Positions 50,901-59,917 of a stretch of DNA of 64,000 bases are shown in pieces. Position 1 is the first letter of the stretch. Every line of letters begins with the position of its first letter. Under the pieces are notes generated by a model that was given only the letters and a program-made list of their open reading frames with translations, was not told the origin of the DNA and made no database searches. Where the stretch lies: assembly GCA_964016885.1 (NCBI GenBank), contig OZ024741.1, positions 296,794,001-296,858,000 on the forward strand, given 5' to 3'. Both the position numbers and the translations under genes were made by a program. Source of the stretch: Eledone cirrhosa (lineage: Eukaryota).

Positions 50901-52611
50901 TGTTGTTGTTGTTGTTGTTGCTGCTGCTGCTGTTGTTATTGCTATTGGTGCTGTTGTTATTGTTGCTGCTACTGCTGTTGTTGTTGTTTCTGCTGTTGTT
51001 GTTACTGTTGCTGTTTTTTTTTGTGTGTTCTTGCTGCTGTTGTTGTTGCTGCCACTATTCCTATTTTTGTTATTCAATATTTCTACACCTCATTGTATTT
51101 TCTCATATATTTCTAAATCTCTTATATTCAGTTGACTTGTAATGGCAACGGTGAGTGTGAATGTGGTTCATGCATCTGTGATAAAGAAAGTCTTCATCGT
51201 GGTCCATTATGTGAAGATTGCCCAGTAAGTATTTAACTGTTTCTTACAAACATAAGGTGACGGATTGGTAGAGTTAATATTTATGTATTTTCATCTTCCT
51301 GCAAGAGAAGATTTTGTGTTGGGAGTTCAGATTATGTTGTATGAGTCTGACAAATTCATTTTGTTCAATTTACCTCAGTTTATCTTGGTGTCTAAGGGGT
51401 TAAATAGGCAGAGTTGTTAGAACGTCAGATAGATTGCTTTGCAGTATTCATTCCAGCTCTCTGCGCTCTGAGTTAAAATCCCGCTAAAGTCAACTTTGCC
51501 TTTCATCCTTTCGAGGTTGATAAAATAAGTATCAGTCAAGTATTGGGGTCAATTATATCTCTTTCTCACCTCACTTGCTCTGTCTCTAACCTTCTCTGGA
51601 GATGGGATGGGCTCTGCCAGATTTAAAATGCCCAAGAAATGTCATATGTCAGTATGGTGCTGCTACAATTTCCCCAGAAGTTATAGGACCACACATACCA
51701 TACCATACAAACATAAAGTGGAATTAATGGTGGATTGATGAATAAATAAGAAAATGTTTAATGCTAGAAATAACAGCCAAGCAACAATATGTTGGATACT
51801 TAAACATATGGATTGATTTTATTTTAAATATCATTTTAATCTGTTACAACTTACAGGTATATAGTACTGGTGCCATAATAAAATACACAAAGTACACTTT
51901 GTAAAGTGGAAGTACTGATGCTATGATAAAATGCACCCAGTACACTTTTTAAAGTGGGAGTACTGGCACCATGATAAAATACACATAGTATACTCTGTAA
52001 AGTGGTTGTCTTGGTGCCAAGATAAAATTTATTAAGTACATTCTGTAAAGTACAATGCCAGTGCCATGGTAAAATTCACTGAGTGATTAAGGGTCTGGTC
52101 CTATGGTTATTGGATTTAAGAGGCCCAAGTTGTACTATTGTGTTCATCACCCATCAATTAGTCCTTTTGATAACATACGAGGTGTAGTAATTGGCTCTTT
52201 CCTAAACATTTATATAAGAGAAATAAATATTTTTATCATCATCATTTTATATCTGCTGACAAGTTGGATAAGTCTTTACAGACCCAGTCAGTACTTAATT
52301 GGAGTCACTGCCCTCATAGGGCGGAGGTCATATTTCATTTATACATGTTCCTGTTTTGGCATGGTTTCTACAGCTGGATGTCCTTCCTAACATCAATTAT
52401 TTTATAGCGCCAGCACTATCTACTTATTTTATCCATGTATTTCTCTATATATATTTACTTTAAATCACTAATACATTACAGACTTGTCCTGGTATGTGTT
52501 CTGAGACCAAACACTGTGTGCAGTGTAAGCTCTTCAAGTCGGGCAACTATACCTCTGACATGTGTAAAACATTGTGTGACTATCAAATAACTACTGTCGA
52601 TGAACTTTCCG
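2693..52611 (+). CDS. ITGB: Integrin beta subunit, partial multi-exon CDS (14 exons in window; 5' and 3' parts outside)
   Basis: Manual splicing of 14 AG/GT-bounded exons gives matching phases at every junction and an open ~506-codon frame. Integrin beta hallmarks: GFGSFVEK, D[11 protein letters not shown], IGWR, GIVKPND..CHL, DYPS, IFAV, DSSNI, CECEC, four I-EGF Cys repeats, CEDCPTC beta-tail start. Confidence 0.96.
3007..5940 (-). mobile_element. Degenerate near-full-length RTE-clade LINE (APE endonuclease + RT), older subfamily
   Basis: ORF fragments 5274-5840 (APE: [19 protein letters not shown]), 4250-4972 and 3422-3874 (RT); (GAT)n tail at ~3007-3020; stops, frameshifts and an internal deletion near 5030. 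Confidence 0.92.
6668..8927 (+). mobile_element. 5'-truncated RTE LINE
   Basis: RT ORFs 6989-7561 and 7521-8600 ([16 protein letters not shown]) broken by a small deletion; 3'UTR and (GAT)n tail; flanked by TA-rich sequence. Confidence 0.95.
9509..9581 (+). CDS. ITGB: Integrin beta exon: [24 protein letters not shown] (specificity-determining loop)
   Basis: acgcag acceptor, gtgagt donor; phase 2 to 0. Confidence 0.92.
9745..10112 (-). mobile_element. Two tandem tRNA-derived SINE copies (octopus-type family)
   Basis: Shared body gagttcaaatcccgccgaggtt.actttgcctttcatccttacggggtcgataaaataaagtaccag with B-box-like GTTCAAATC; over 15 copies in the window. Confidence 0.85.
10355..10820. repeat. 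Degenerate minisatellite, ~30-37 bp unit tttagaataggtacaccatatccctgtgtgtatctgg
   Basis: Roughly 13 diverged tandem copies. Confidence 0.8.
11204..11422. mobile_element. piggyBac-like MITE
   Basis: TTAA|CCCTTTA ... TAAAGGG|TTAA: terminal inverted repeats with TTAA target duplication; inverted related copy at 24677-24897. Confidence 0.75.
11757..12206 (-). repeat. 3' LTR of Gypsy element
   Basis: Direct repeat of 16746-17195; about 7 substitutions by eye. Confidence 0.95.
12210..12219 (-). promoter_or_regulatory. Polypurine tract
   Basis: GAGAGGGGAG on the minus strand, 3 nt before the 3' LTR. Confidence 0.85.
12556..16483 (-). pseudogene. Fragmented gag-pol of the Gypsy element
   Basis: Successive ORF fragments for gag, PR, RT, RH and IN; catalytic D-to-N changes in PR (NTG) and RT (YVDN). 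Confidence 0.9.
16726..16743 (-). promoter_or_regulatory. Primer-binding site, tRNA-Trp
   Basis: Minus strand TGGTGACCCCGACGTGAT is complementary to the 3' 18 nt of eukaryotic tRNA-Trp (ATCACGTCGGGGTCACCA), 2 nt from the LTR end. Confidence 0.9.
16746..17195 (-). repeat. 5' LTR of Gypsy element
   Basis: Starts TGTAGC on the minus strand and is followed by the PBS. Confidence 0.95.
17328..17414 (+). CDS. ITGB: Integrin beta exon: [29 protein letters not shown]
   Basis: gacag/gtaagt; matches the ISGNLDxPEGGFDAIMQxAVC motif. Confidence 0.95.
17915..18365 (+). mobile_element. 3' fragment of an L1/Tx1-like LINE
   Basis: Degenerate VW..L......FL.G..L.NFFK..L.RK.RV..EVL C-terminus, then aataaagaaa + (ATT)n tail; related to 33050-33605. 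Confidence 0.5.
18369..18775 (+). mobile_element. Two tandem tRNA-derived SINE copies
   Basis: A-box-like tggcagtatcggtag and B-box gagttcaaatc; same family as 9745-10112. Confidence 0.85.
18804..18884 (+). CDS. ITGB: Integrin beta exon: [27 protein letters not shown]
   Basis: poly-T+tag acceptor, gtaaga donor; matches IGWR..LLVFxTDxxFHxAGDGK. Confidence 0.94.
19078..20775 (+). mobile_element. 5'-truncated RTE LINE
   Basis: RT ORFs 19239-19973 and 20000-20311; 3'UTR; (GAT)n tail. Confidence 0.95.
21765..22055. mobile_element. CORE-type tRNA-derived SINE (+) fused to an inverted partial copy (-)
   Basis: tggcctagtggtaag...ggttcgattt head and ttgagcaaaacacttcatttcacattgctccagt CORE-like block; reverse-complement head at ~21990-22050. 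Confidence 0.7.
22335..22985. repeat. CA-rich and (CCA)n microsatellite region
   Basis: Visible simple repeats. Confidence 0.9.
23085..23436. mobile_element. Head-to-head inverted pair of tRNA-derived SINEs
   Basis: 23085-23275 (-) directly adjoins 23278-23436 (+). Confidence 0.85.
24677..24897. mobile_element. piggyBac-like MITE (inverted copy of 11204-11422)
   Basis: TTAA|CCCTTTAGCATT ... TAAAGGG. Confidence 0.65.
24986..25063 (+). CDS. ITGB: Integrin beta exon: [26 protein letters not shown]
   Basis: ttgcag/gtttgt; LxGIVxPNDxxCHL motif. Confidence 0.94.
25180..25420 (+). mobile_element. CORE-type tRNA-derived SINE (related copies near 11465, 49005, 49945 and 50400-50670 on minus)
   Basis: A/B-box tRNA-like head and a CORE-like central block. 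Confidence 0.7.
26001..27545 (-). mobile_element. 5'-truncated young RTE LINE
   Basis: Open 374-aa RT C-terminal ORF 26410-27534, nearly identical to the 54469-57747 ORF; (GAT)n tail. Confidence 0.96.
27665..27970 (-). mobile_element. Two tRNA-derived SINE copies
   Basis: Same family body as 9745-10112. Confidence 0.8.
28600..28775 (+). mobile_element. Penelope-like element terminal fragment with degenerate minimal hammerhead core
   Basis: tctt-CTGATGA-a-GGAC-tagt-GTCC-aAAAC-gtt-aaga at 28669-28704; related fragment at ~9226-9320. Confidence 0.55.
29655..29898 (+). mobile_element. RTE 3'UTR-derived short element (similar pieces at 8940-9215, 31280-31561, and 46014-46570 on minus)
   Basis: cactgtaaa(g/t)gtggttggtgttaggaagggcatccagc motif and GAT tail shared with the RTE LINE 3' ends. 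Confidence 0.75.
30843..31028 (+). CDS. ITGB: Integrin beta exon: [23 protein letters not shown]...[17 protein letters not shown] (end of beta-I)
   Basis: tttcag/gtaaat; DYPS, IFAV and DSSNI motifs. Confidence 0.95.
31027..31131. repeat. 50-bp inverted repeat (hairpin) with 5-nt loop overlapping a splice donor
   Basis: 31027-31076 versus the reverse complement of 31082-31131: 47/50 matches; loop GGGGG. Confidence 0.92.
32100..33045. mobile_element. Cluster of tRNA-derived SINEs around exon 32478-32554, with (CCA/CTA)n and (TTA)n repeats
   Basis: Copies at ~32100-32290 (+), 32295-32450 (+), 32785-32880 (+) and 32932-33045 (-). Confidence 0.75.
32478..32554 (+). CDS. ITGB: Integrin beta exon (hybrid): [25 protein letters not shown](G)
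   Basis: ctccag/gtaaga; phase 0 to 2. Confidence 0.9.
33050..33605 (+). mobile_element. 3' fragment of an L1/Tx1-like LINE
   Basis: Frame [19 protein letters not shown]...[20 protein letters not shown], then 3'UTR ending gccaataaatgaaacc(att)n. Confidence 0.55.
33636..33687 (+). CDS. ITGB: Integrin beta exon (hybrid): [17 protein letters not shown]
   Basis: ttgtag/gtaggt; phase 2 to 0 links the neighbouring exons. Confidence 0.88.
34020..34210 (-). repeat. About 4.5 diverged copies of the 42-bp satellite monomer in inverted orientation
   Basis: gtgtatctaggactacattacccaatgtgtccttcagtcata is the reverse complement of the main array unit. Confidence 0.9.
34430..44297 (+). repeat. Intronic 42-bp satellite array, ~235 copies
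   Basis: Unit gacacattgggtaatgtagtcctagatacactatgactgaag with c/t/g variants and occasional 40-bp units. Confidence 0.99.
44300..44460 (-). mobile_element. Possible hAT-like non-autonomous DNA transposon end
   Basis: Minus strand begins CAGTGCTGGATTTACC, typical of hAT termini; no partner end found. Confidence 0.35.
44637..44792 (+). CDS. ITGB: Integrin beta exon (hybrid): [15 protein letters not shown]...[28 protein letters not shown]
   Basis: tttcag/gtatgt; CECEC motif. Confidence 0.94.
44800..45050. repeat. Degenerate ~23-25 bp minisatellite (ttttaccatattccatagcatac)
   Basis: Tandem copies right after the exon donor. Confidence 0.8.
45330..45568 (+). mobile_element. R4/Dong-like (RLE) non-LTR 3' fragment
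   Basis: [21 protein letters not shown]...[16 protein letters not shown]-terminus, short 3'UTR and (TAA)n; a third remnant ([13 protein letters not shown]) at ~45075-45150. Confidence 0.65.
45565..45960 (-). mobile_element. Two tRNA-derived SINE copies (another at 47310-47492)
   Basis: Same family body. Confidence 0.8.
46618..46915 (+). mobile_element. R4/Dong-like (RLE) non-LTR 3' fragment inserted in (TAA)n
   Basis: [49 protein letters not shown]; (TAA)n on both sides. Confidence 0.7.
46956..47089 (+). CDS. ITGB: Integrin beta exon (I-EGF1): [29 protein letters not shown]...KQCE(N)
   Basis: cccag/gttagt; EGF-like Cys spacing. Confidence 0.93.
47828..48290 (+). mobile_element. CRE-clade non-LTR retrotransposon endonuclease remnant
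   Basis: Degenerate LSC..SAGR..(R)H..LN.I....L..AG.PS.LEP.GL...DGK.P...TL.PF.GG..LIWDATC, the RLE motif of CRE elements. Confidence 0.7.
48696..48853 (+). CDS. ITGB: Integrin beta exon (I-EGF2): [20 protein letters not shown]...[18 protein letters not shown](G)
   Basis: ttcag/gtatgt; CSxRGxCxCGxCxC motif. Confidence 0.95.
49775..49884 (+). CDS. ITGB: Integrin beta exon (I-EGF3): [36 protein letters not shown]
   Basis: tttag/gtgagt; phase 1 to 0. Confidence 0.94.
50825..51052. repeat. (TGT/TGC)n trinucleotide microsatellite
   Basis: Visible simple repeat. Confidence 0.95.
51132..51224 (+). CDS. ITGB: Integrin beta exon (I-EGF4): [31 protein letters not shown]
   Basis: ttcag/gtaagt. Confidence 0.95.
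51855..52085 (+). repeat. ~48-bp tandem repeat derived from the RTE 3'UTR sub-repeat
   Basis: agtactggtgccatgataaaatacacccagtacactctgtaaagtgg, about 5 copies. Confidence 0.65.
52482..52611 (+). CDS. ITGB: Integrin beta exon (beta-tail): [43 protein letters not shown]
   Basis: ttacag/gtaggt; CxxCxxxxxCVQC beta-tail pattern. Confidence 0.94.
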
Positions 52612-52691
52612 GTAGGTATTTACTAAACAATTCTTCCTTGTCCATTGCAACTATTATTGATGGATTTAAATTTTAGATTGAGATAGTCTCC

Positions 52692-53995
<1,304 letters not shown>

Positions 53996-54468
53996 ATATA
54001 TATATATATACATATATATACATACATATATATATATATAAATATATACATAAATATATATATATATATATATATAAATATATATATATATACATATATA
54101 TACATAAATGTATATCATCATCATCATCATCATCAACGTTTAACGTCCGTGTTCCACGCTTGCATGGGTTTGGACGGGGGTAGTCCCACTTGAGGCAAGA
54201 GTGATTGTCTTGCTCGCATAGGACTGTCTGGCAGGTTTTCTACAGTTGGATGCCCTTCCTAACACCAACCACATTTACAGTGTGGGTCTGGGAGGTTTTT
54301 ACCGTGTTGCCTACACGGCCACATTACAGCGTGGACTGTGTGTTTTTTTGTCGTGACACCTACACGATCTCATTTGTTTCGGCCTGGATGGCGCGGCACC
54401 AACATAACTTTACATAGAACGGGGTGGTGTGGATGGGGTGGGGGTGGCGGCGGGAGGGGTGTATTTTG

Positions 54469-57400
54469 TTAGAGATGCCTACTGGCAAGGCGGGTCTTCT
54501 CTGTTACTGAGTACCGCCAAAGGTCACGGTCCAGTGACATTGTCTTGGAAAGGTGTAAGTGTGTGAGGTCGGAGTTTATCAGCTCATCCCATGTTTTTCT
54601 AGGTCTGCCTATTCCGTGGCTACCGTCTATCTTTATTGCCCTGCACTTTGTAATACAGCTATCGACTTTCATGCGCATCACGTGTCCATACCAACGCAGC
54701 CTTCTCTCGAGTAAACAACATCTGATCCCTCTTATCTCTAATTTTTTCCTTAGTTCGTTTATGCTTTGCCGTTCACGTATATTACTGTTACACATCCAGC
54801 GGAGCATGCAAGCTTCGTTCCTCTCTAGTCTGCGTATATCCTCTGCACACAATGCCCAGGTCTCACTACCATGCAACATTGCTGTTCGTATGCAGGCATC
54901 GTACAACCTGCCTTTCATTTTTAGGGAGAACCCTTTAGCAGCTAATAGTGGTATAAGCTCTCTGAACTTTTTCCAACCAGTTCTGACTCTAGCTACAGTA
55001 CTTTCAGAGCACCCTCCCCCACTGCTGATTTTATCGCCCAGGTAACGGAAGCTGTCCACTATTTCTATAGAACCCTCTGCGCAATTGAAAGAGCTAGTAT
55101 TTTGTGGGCACTTGCTGCTACTTATTGCACCAGAACACCGGCCACATGTAAAGTCTATGTTCTTAGTTAGCTTACCTGTGATCCCACTACATCTTTTATG
55201 CACCCATACTTTGCATTTAGGACATAAGATGGAGTTTCTACCTACGCCTTTCATACATACCGAGCACGACCATTTCCCAGAAGGGACCGCCGCCTTGTTT
55301 TCTTTCCTACAAACTAGAACTTTGGTCTTAGCCAGGTTAATTTTAAGTCCTTTTGACTCTAGGCCGTGCTTCCATGTTTGGAATTTCTTCTCTAGCTCGG
55401 CCATTGATTCCGCTATGAGTGTCAGGTCGTCTGCGTATAGGAGTTCCCATGGGCAGCCTGTCTTGAACTCCTCTGTTATAGCCTGAAGGGCAATAATAAA
55501 TAGTAGGGGGCTGAGAACAGAGCCCTGATGGACGCCAACTTTTACGCTAAACTCTTCACTATATTCGTTGTTAATTCTAACCTTGCTGACTGTTTCTTTA
55601 TACATGGCTTGTATAGCCCTCACAAGCCATTCGTCAACGCCTAGTTTTCTAAGAGCCCACCAGATAATGGAGCGGGGGACTCTGTCGAAGGCTTTCTCCA
55701 GGTCGACAAAAGCTAAGTAGAGGGGTTTACCTTTAGCTAGGTACTTCTCCTGTAGTTGTCGTACTATGAAAAGAGCGTCTGTGGTGCTTTTGCCTGACAC
55801 AAACCCGAACTGCATTTCATCTAGATCAATTCTCTCTCTGATTAGTTGCGCTATTACTTTTTCCGTGACCTTCATGACCTGGTCGATTAATTTAATGCCT
55901 CTATAGTTACTCCTATCTAGGGCGTCTCCTTTACCCTTATAACAGTTAACGATGATGCTGCTATGCCAGTCCTTCGGAACAACCCCATTCTGTACGACTT
56001 GGTTAACTATGCGGGTGACCATGGTGTGTCCCACCGTGCCAGATGCCTTCAGCATCTCAGCAACTATTTCCGAAGGCCCAGCCGCCTTACCAGTCTTCAT
56101 ATCCTTGATTGCCTTACTTATTATACTCCCCTCGACTAACACTGCTGGTCCCTCTATCGGGTCGATAAGGGGGAGACTGTCTTTCTCCCATTTATTTTCC
56201 TCATTTAGTAGCCTTTCATAGTGACACTTCCAAGCTACCTTCTTATCAGTGTCGGTGATGGCAAGTATGCCATCATCGTTAAGTACACACTTCTCCCCGA
56301 CAATATCACGGTTTTCCTTGACGCATTGCCTGGCAATCCTGAACACCTCACGTTTTTGGTCATCGCGTTGTAGAACATGCTTGAACTTTCTTTCCTCAGC
56401 TTCCCTTCTTGCTAAGTACACTTCTCTCCTAGCTTCCCTCCTGGCCACTTGATAGTCTACTCTACTTCCCCCATCCCGCCATACTTTCCAAGCCTGCTTT
56501 TTGGCCTTAATTGACCCCTCCACCCTATTGTTCCACCACCATGTTACTCTCCTCCTGCCTACAGGCCTGCTCCAGCCACAGACTTCGTCTGTCGCCAACA
56601 GCAGGTTTGCTTTCAGAAATTTCCACTGTCCCTCTATATTGTCCGATTCTAGATGCTCTTCCTTACTGTCGAAAGCATCAAGTAATATGCTTTGAAATTT
56701 ATTTCTGGCTGTGGGGTCCTTTAGTTTCCATATTTTCCTCCTGAGGATAGTCCTCTTCTGCTGTCGGGTGCGTCTCGTCCTGACTATGAGGTCGCTAATT
56801 ATCAGTCTATGTTGGGAGGTGCATTCTTCATGGGGGAGGGATTTAGTGTTTACAACAGACACTCTGTCACGTCTTCTGGTAAGGATATAATCTACCTGGC
56901 TTGTGTGTTCCCCGGATCTATAGGTAATCAGGTGATTGTCACGTTTTTTGAAGTTAGTGTTACAGATAGTTAGGTTATTTGCATCACAGTATTCCAGAAT
57001 TCTGGAGCCTTCCTCATTTCTAGTACCAAACCCATAGCCTCCATGGATTTCGTCATAGCCGTCACAATGTTGTCCAACGTGACCATTTAGGTCGCCTGCA
57101 ATAATTATATAGTCACTGTCAGATATTTGGGAGGTAGTTAGCAACAGTGTCTCATAGAATCTGTCTTTTATAGTGCCGGGCAGTCCGGATTGGGGTGCGT
57201 ACGCAGATATTACTGTCACCGTAGTTCTATTGAGGACAAGTCTTATTTTAATTATTCTGTCGTTCACTCTATTTACGTCTATTATCTTATCTGCCCACTT
57301 TTCTGCTACCATGATTCCTACTCCACCCAGCCCATCGTCGTTTCCCACCCAGAAAAGCTTATAACATCGTTTTTTACCCTCAATGAATCTAGCAGACCCA

Positions 57401-57723
57401 CCCCTCCACCTGGTCTCTTGAATACAACAAACATCGACCTCCTTACGTTCAAGCATTTCTACAACCTCGTTAGCGCGACCCTTTAGGGTGCCTACATTTA
57501 TGGTACCAACTCTGAAGTTTTGGGTTGCGTTTGGAGGGTGGGGGTGGTGGGGGGCGGGAGGAGATAGGGTTATGTTAGCCATCCGCGGACGAAACAAAGA
57601 GGAGTGCTCGCATTCACGTCCACGAGGTGAATTTGACTTTAACTTTGGCATTTTCGCTCTGGGCGTCCAGATTTTTCTCTCCCTTCCACTCTCCAGGATT
57701 CCGCAGTCCGTCCGTCCATCCAT
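54469..57723 (-). CDS. RTE ORF (~1084 aa from the first ATG): APE endonuclease, reverse transcriptase and embedded PHD finger
   Basis: APE motifs (GTINV, IQETRW, SAYAPQ, GDLNGH, VDYIL, SQHR); RT motifs ([38 protein letters not shown]); C4HC3 at 55135-55266. Confidence 0.95.
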   Translation of the reverse strand: MDGRTDCGILESGRERKIWTPRAKMPKLKSNSPRGRECEHSSLFRPRMANITLSPPAPHHPHPPNATQNFRVGTINVGTLKGRANEVVEMLERKEVDVCCIQETRWRGGSARFIEGKKRCYKLFWVGNDDGLGGVGIMVAEKWADKIIDVNRVNDRIIKIRLVLNRTTVTVISAYAPQSGLPGTIKDRFYETLLLTTSQISDSDYIIIAGDLNGHVGQHCDGYDEIHGGYGFGTRNEEGSRILEYCDANNLTICNTNFKKRDNHLITYRSGEHTSQVDYILTRRRDRVSVVNTKSLPHEECTSQHRLIISDLIVRTRRTRQQKRTILRRKIWKLKDPTARNKFQSILLDAFDSKEEHLESDNIEGQWKFLKANLLLATDEVCGWSRPVGRRRVTWWWNNRVEGSIKAKKQAWKVWRDGGSRVDYQVARREARREVYLARREAEERKFKHVLQRDDQKREVFRIARQCVKENRDIVGEKCVLNDDGILAITDTDKKVAWKCHYERLLNEENKWEKDSLPLIDPIEGPAVLVEGSIISKAIKDMKTGKAAGPSEIVAEMLKASGTVGHTMVTRIVNQVVQNGVVPKDWHSSIIVNCYKGKGDALDRSNYRGIKLIDQVMKVTEKVIAQLIRERIDLDEMQFGFVSGKSTTDALFIVRQLQEKYLAKGKPLYLAFVDLEKAFDRVPRSIIWWALRKLGVDEWLVRAIQAMYKETVSKVRINNEYSEEFSVKVGVHQGSVLSPLLFIIALQAITEEFKTGCPWELLYADDLTLIAESMAELEKKFQTWKHGLESKGLKINLAKTKVLVCRKENKAAVPSGKWSCSVCMKGVGRNSILCPKCKVWVHKRCSGITGKLTKNIDFTCGRCSGAISSSKCPQNTSSFNCAEGSIEIVDSFRYLGDKISSGGGCSESTVARVRTGWKKFRELIPLLAAKGFSLKMKGRLYDACIRTAMLHGSETWALCAEDIRRLERNEACMLRWMCNSNIRERQSINELRKKLEIRGIRCCLLERRLRWYGHVMRMKVDSCITKCRAIKIDGSHGIGRPRKTWDELINSDLTHLHLSKTMSLDRDLWRYSVTEKTRLASRHL

Positions 57724-57769
57724 CCATCCATCATATATCGAAGGCAACCGGGCAAGCGATAGTATAGGC

Positions 57770-57935
57770 CTCTGGCTTATGATTTGGTCCGCGTAATAAT
57801 AATAATGGTGATGCGTGGGGGTGGGGGGGGCTCTGGCTTATAATAATGGTGGTGATGCGGGGGGGGGGGGCTCTGGCTTATGATTGGTCCACGTATTAAG
57901 TATGGTGGCGTGTGGGGGAGGGAGGGGTGTGGGGT
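57770..57935. repeat. Three G-rich sub-repeats (ctctggcttat...ggggggg) just upstream of the RTE ORF
   Basis: Starts at ~57770, 57831 and 57871. Confidence 0.8.
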
Positions 57936-57971
57936 AGCTAGCTGGAAGGTTATGAATGTTTTAGCTAGCTG

Positions 57972-58250
57972 GAAGGTTATGAGTGTTTAACAAGCGATTT
58001 AACAAAAAGCAAAACTGCAAGATTTGTTCTGTTCAATACGACAAAAACACCGTATTTAAACCTTAAATAGATAACAAAAAAATACAGATTTCGGATTTTG
58101 CGAGATTGGATGTTTGTTTGGACTATGTACGGAATTGAGCGTGGAAATGGAGAGAAGTATTGTACTTTACGATTTACAGGAGTCCATCATAGAAATAATT
58201 GAAGCAGCGGTGGATTGGCGAAGTGGATAAACATGAAGGAGAACTTATCT

Positions 58251-58283
<33 letters not shown>

Positions 58284-58794
58284 AGCTAAGCGAGAGATAG
58301 AGGGGAAGAAAGAGGGGGGGGGGAGATATTGTGGCTGACCGCAGCCCCCTCGTGGAGAAGCAAGGAGGGTGAAGGGGTGGATCGGATTTTTGACTTTCAA
58401 GTAGCATACTATATATATTTAAAGTAATTTATAAGTAGAATGGGGAGGATTTTGTTTTTTTGTTTGAGAATACGATAGAATTAAGGAATTGGACGAAAAC
58501 GATAGAATTAAGATAGAAGGTTATGAATGTTTAACAAGCGATTTAACAAAAAGCAAAACTGCAAGATTTGTTCTGTTCAATACGACAAAAACACCGTATT
58601 TAAACCTTAAATAGATAACAAAAAAATACAGATTTCGGATTTTGCGAGATTGGATGTTTGTTTGGACTATGTACGGAATTGAGCGTGGAAATGGAGAGAA
58701 GTATTGTACTTTACGATTTACAGGAGTCCATCATAGAAATAATTGAAGCAGCGGTGGATTGGCGAAGTGGATAAACATGAAGGAGAACTTATCT

Positions 58795-58831
<37 letters not shown>

Positions 58832-59340
58832 AGCTAAGCGAGAGATAGAGGGGAAGAAAGAGGGGGGGGAGATATTGTGGCTGACCGCAGCCCCCTCGTG
58901 GAGAAGCAAGGAGGGTGAAGGGGTGGATCGGATTTTTGACTTTCAAGTAGCATACTATATATATTTAAAGTAATTTATAAGTAGAATGGGGAGGATTTTG
59001 TTTTTTTGTTTGAGAATACGATAGAATTAAGGAATTGGACGAAAACGATAGAATTAAGATAGAAGGTTATGAATGTTTAACAAGCGATTTAACAAAAAGC
59101 AAAACTGCAAGATTTGTTCTGTTCAATACGACAAAAACACCGTATTTAAACCTTAAATAGATAACAAAAAAATACAGATTTCGGATTTTGCGAGATTGGA
59201 TGTTTGTTTGGACTATGTACGGAATTGAGCGTGGAAATGGAGAGAAGTATTGTACTTTACGATTTACAGGAGTCCATCATAGAAATAATTGAAGCAGCGG
59301 TGGATTGGCGAAGTGGATAAACATGAAGGAGAACTTATCT

Positions 59341-59373
<33 letters not shown>

Positions 59374-59884
59374 AGCTAAGCGAGAGATAGAGGGGAAGAA
59401 AGAGGGGGGGGGGAGATATTGTGGCTGACCGCAGCCCCCTCGTGGAGAAGCAAGGAGGGTGAAGGGGTGGATCGGATTTTTGACTTTCAAGTAGCATACT
59501 ATATATATTTAAAGTAATTTATAAGTAGAATGGGGAGGATTTTGTTTTTTTGTTTGAGAATACGATAGAATTAAGGAATTGGACGAAAACGATAGAATTA
59601 AGATAGAAGGTTATGAATGTTTAACAAGCGATTTAACAAAAAGCAAAACTGCAAGATTTGTTCTGTTCAATACGACAAAAACACCGTATTTAAACCTTAA
59701 ATAGATAACAAAAAAATACAGATTTCGGATTTTGCGAGATTGGATGTTTGTTTGGACTATGTACGGAATTGAGCGTGGAAATGGAGAGAAGTATTGTACT
59801 TTACGATTTACAGGAGTCCATCATAGAAATAATTGAAGCAGCGGTGGATTGGCGAAGTGGATAAACATGAAGGAGAACTTATCT

Positions 59885-59917
<33 letters not shown>

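Larger units (their letters stand above)
54115..57935 (-). mobile_element. Full-length, potentially active RTE-clade LINE
   Basis: Uninterrupted ORF; 3'UTR with (GAT)n tail in a (TA)n site; 5' boundary uncertain and may extend to ~63720. Confidence 0.96.

Noticed and set aside
54545-57796. Plus-strand ORFs overlapping the RTE ORF (also at 26474-27415 and the antisense ORFs at 7445-8470)
   Set aside because: Antisense shadows of the LINE coding frame with no recognisable motifs
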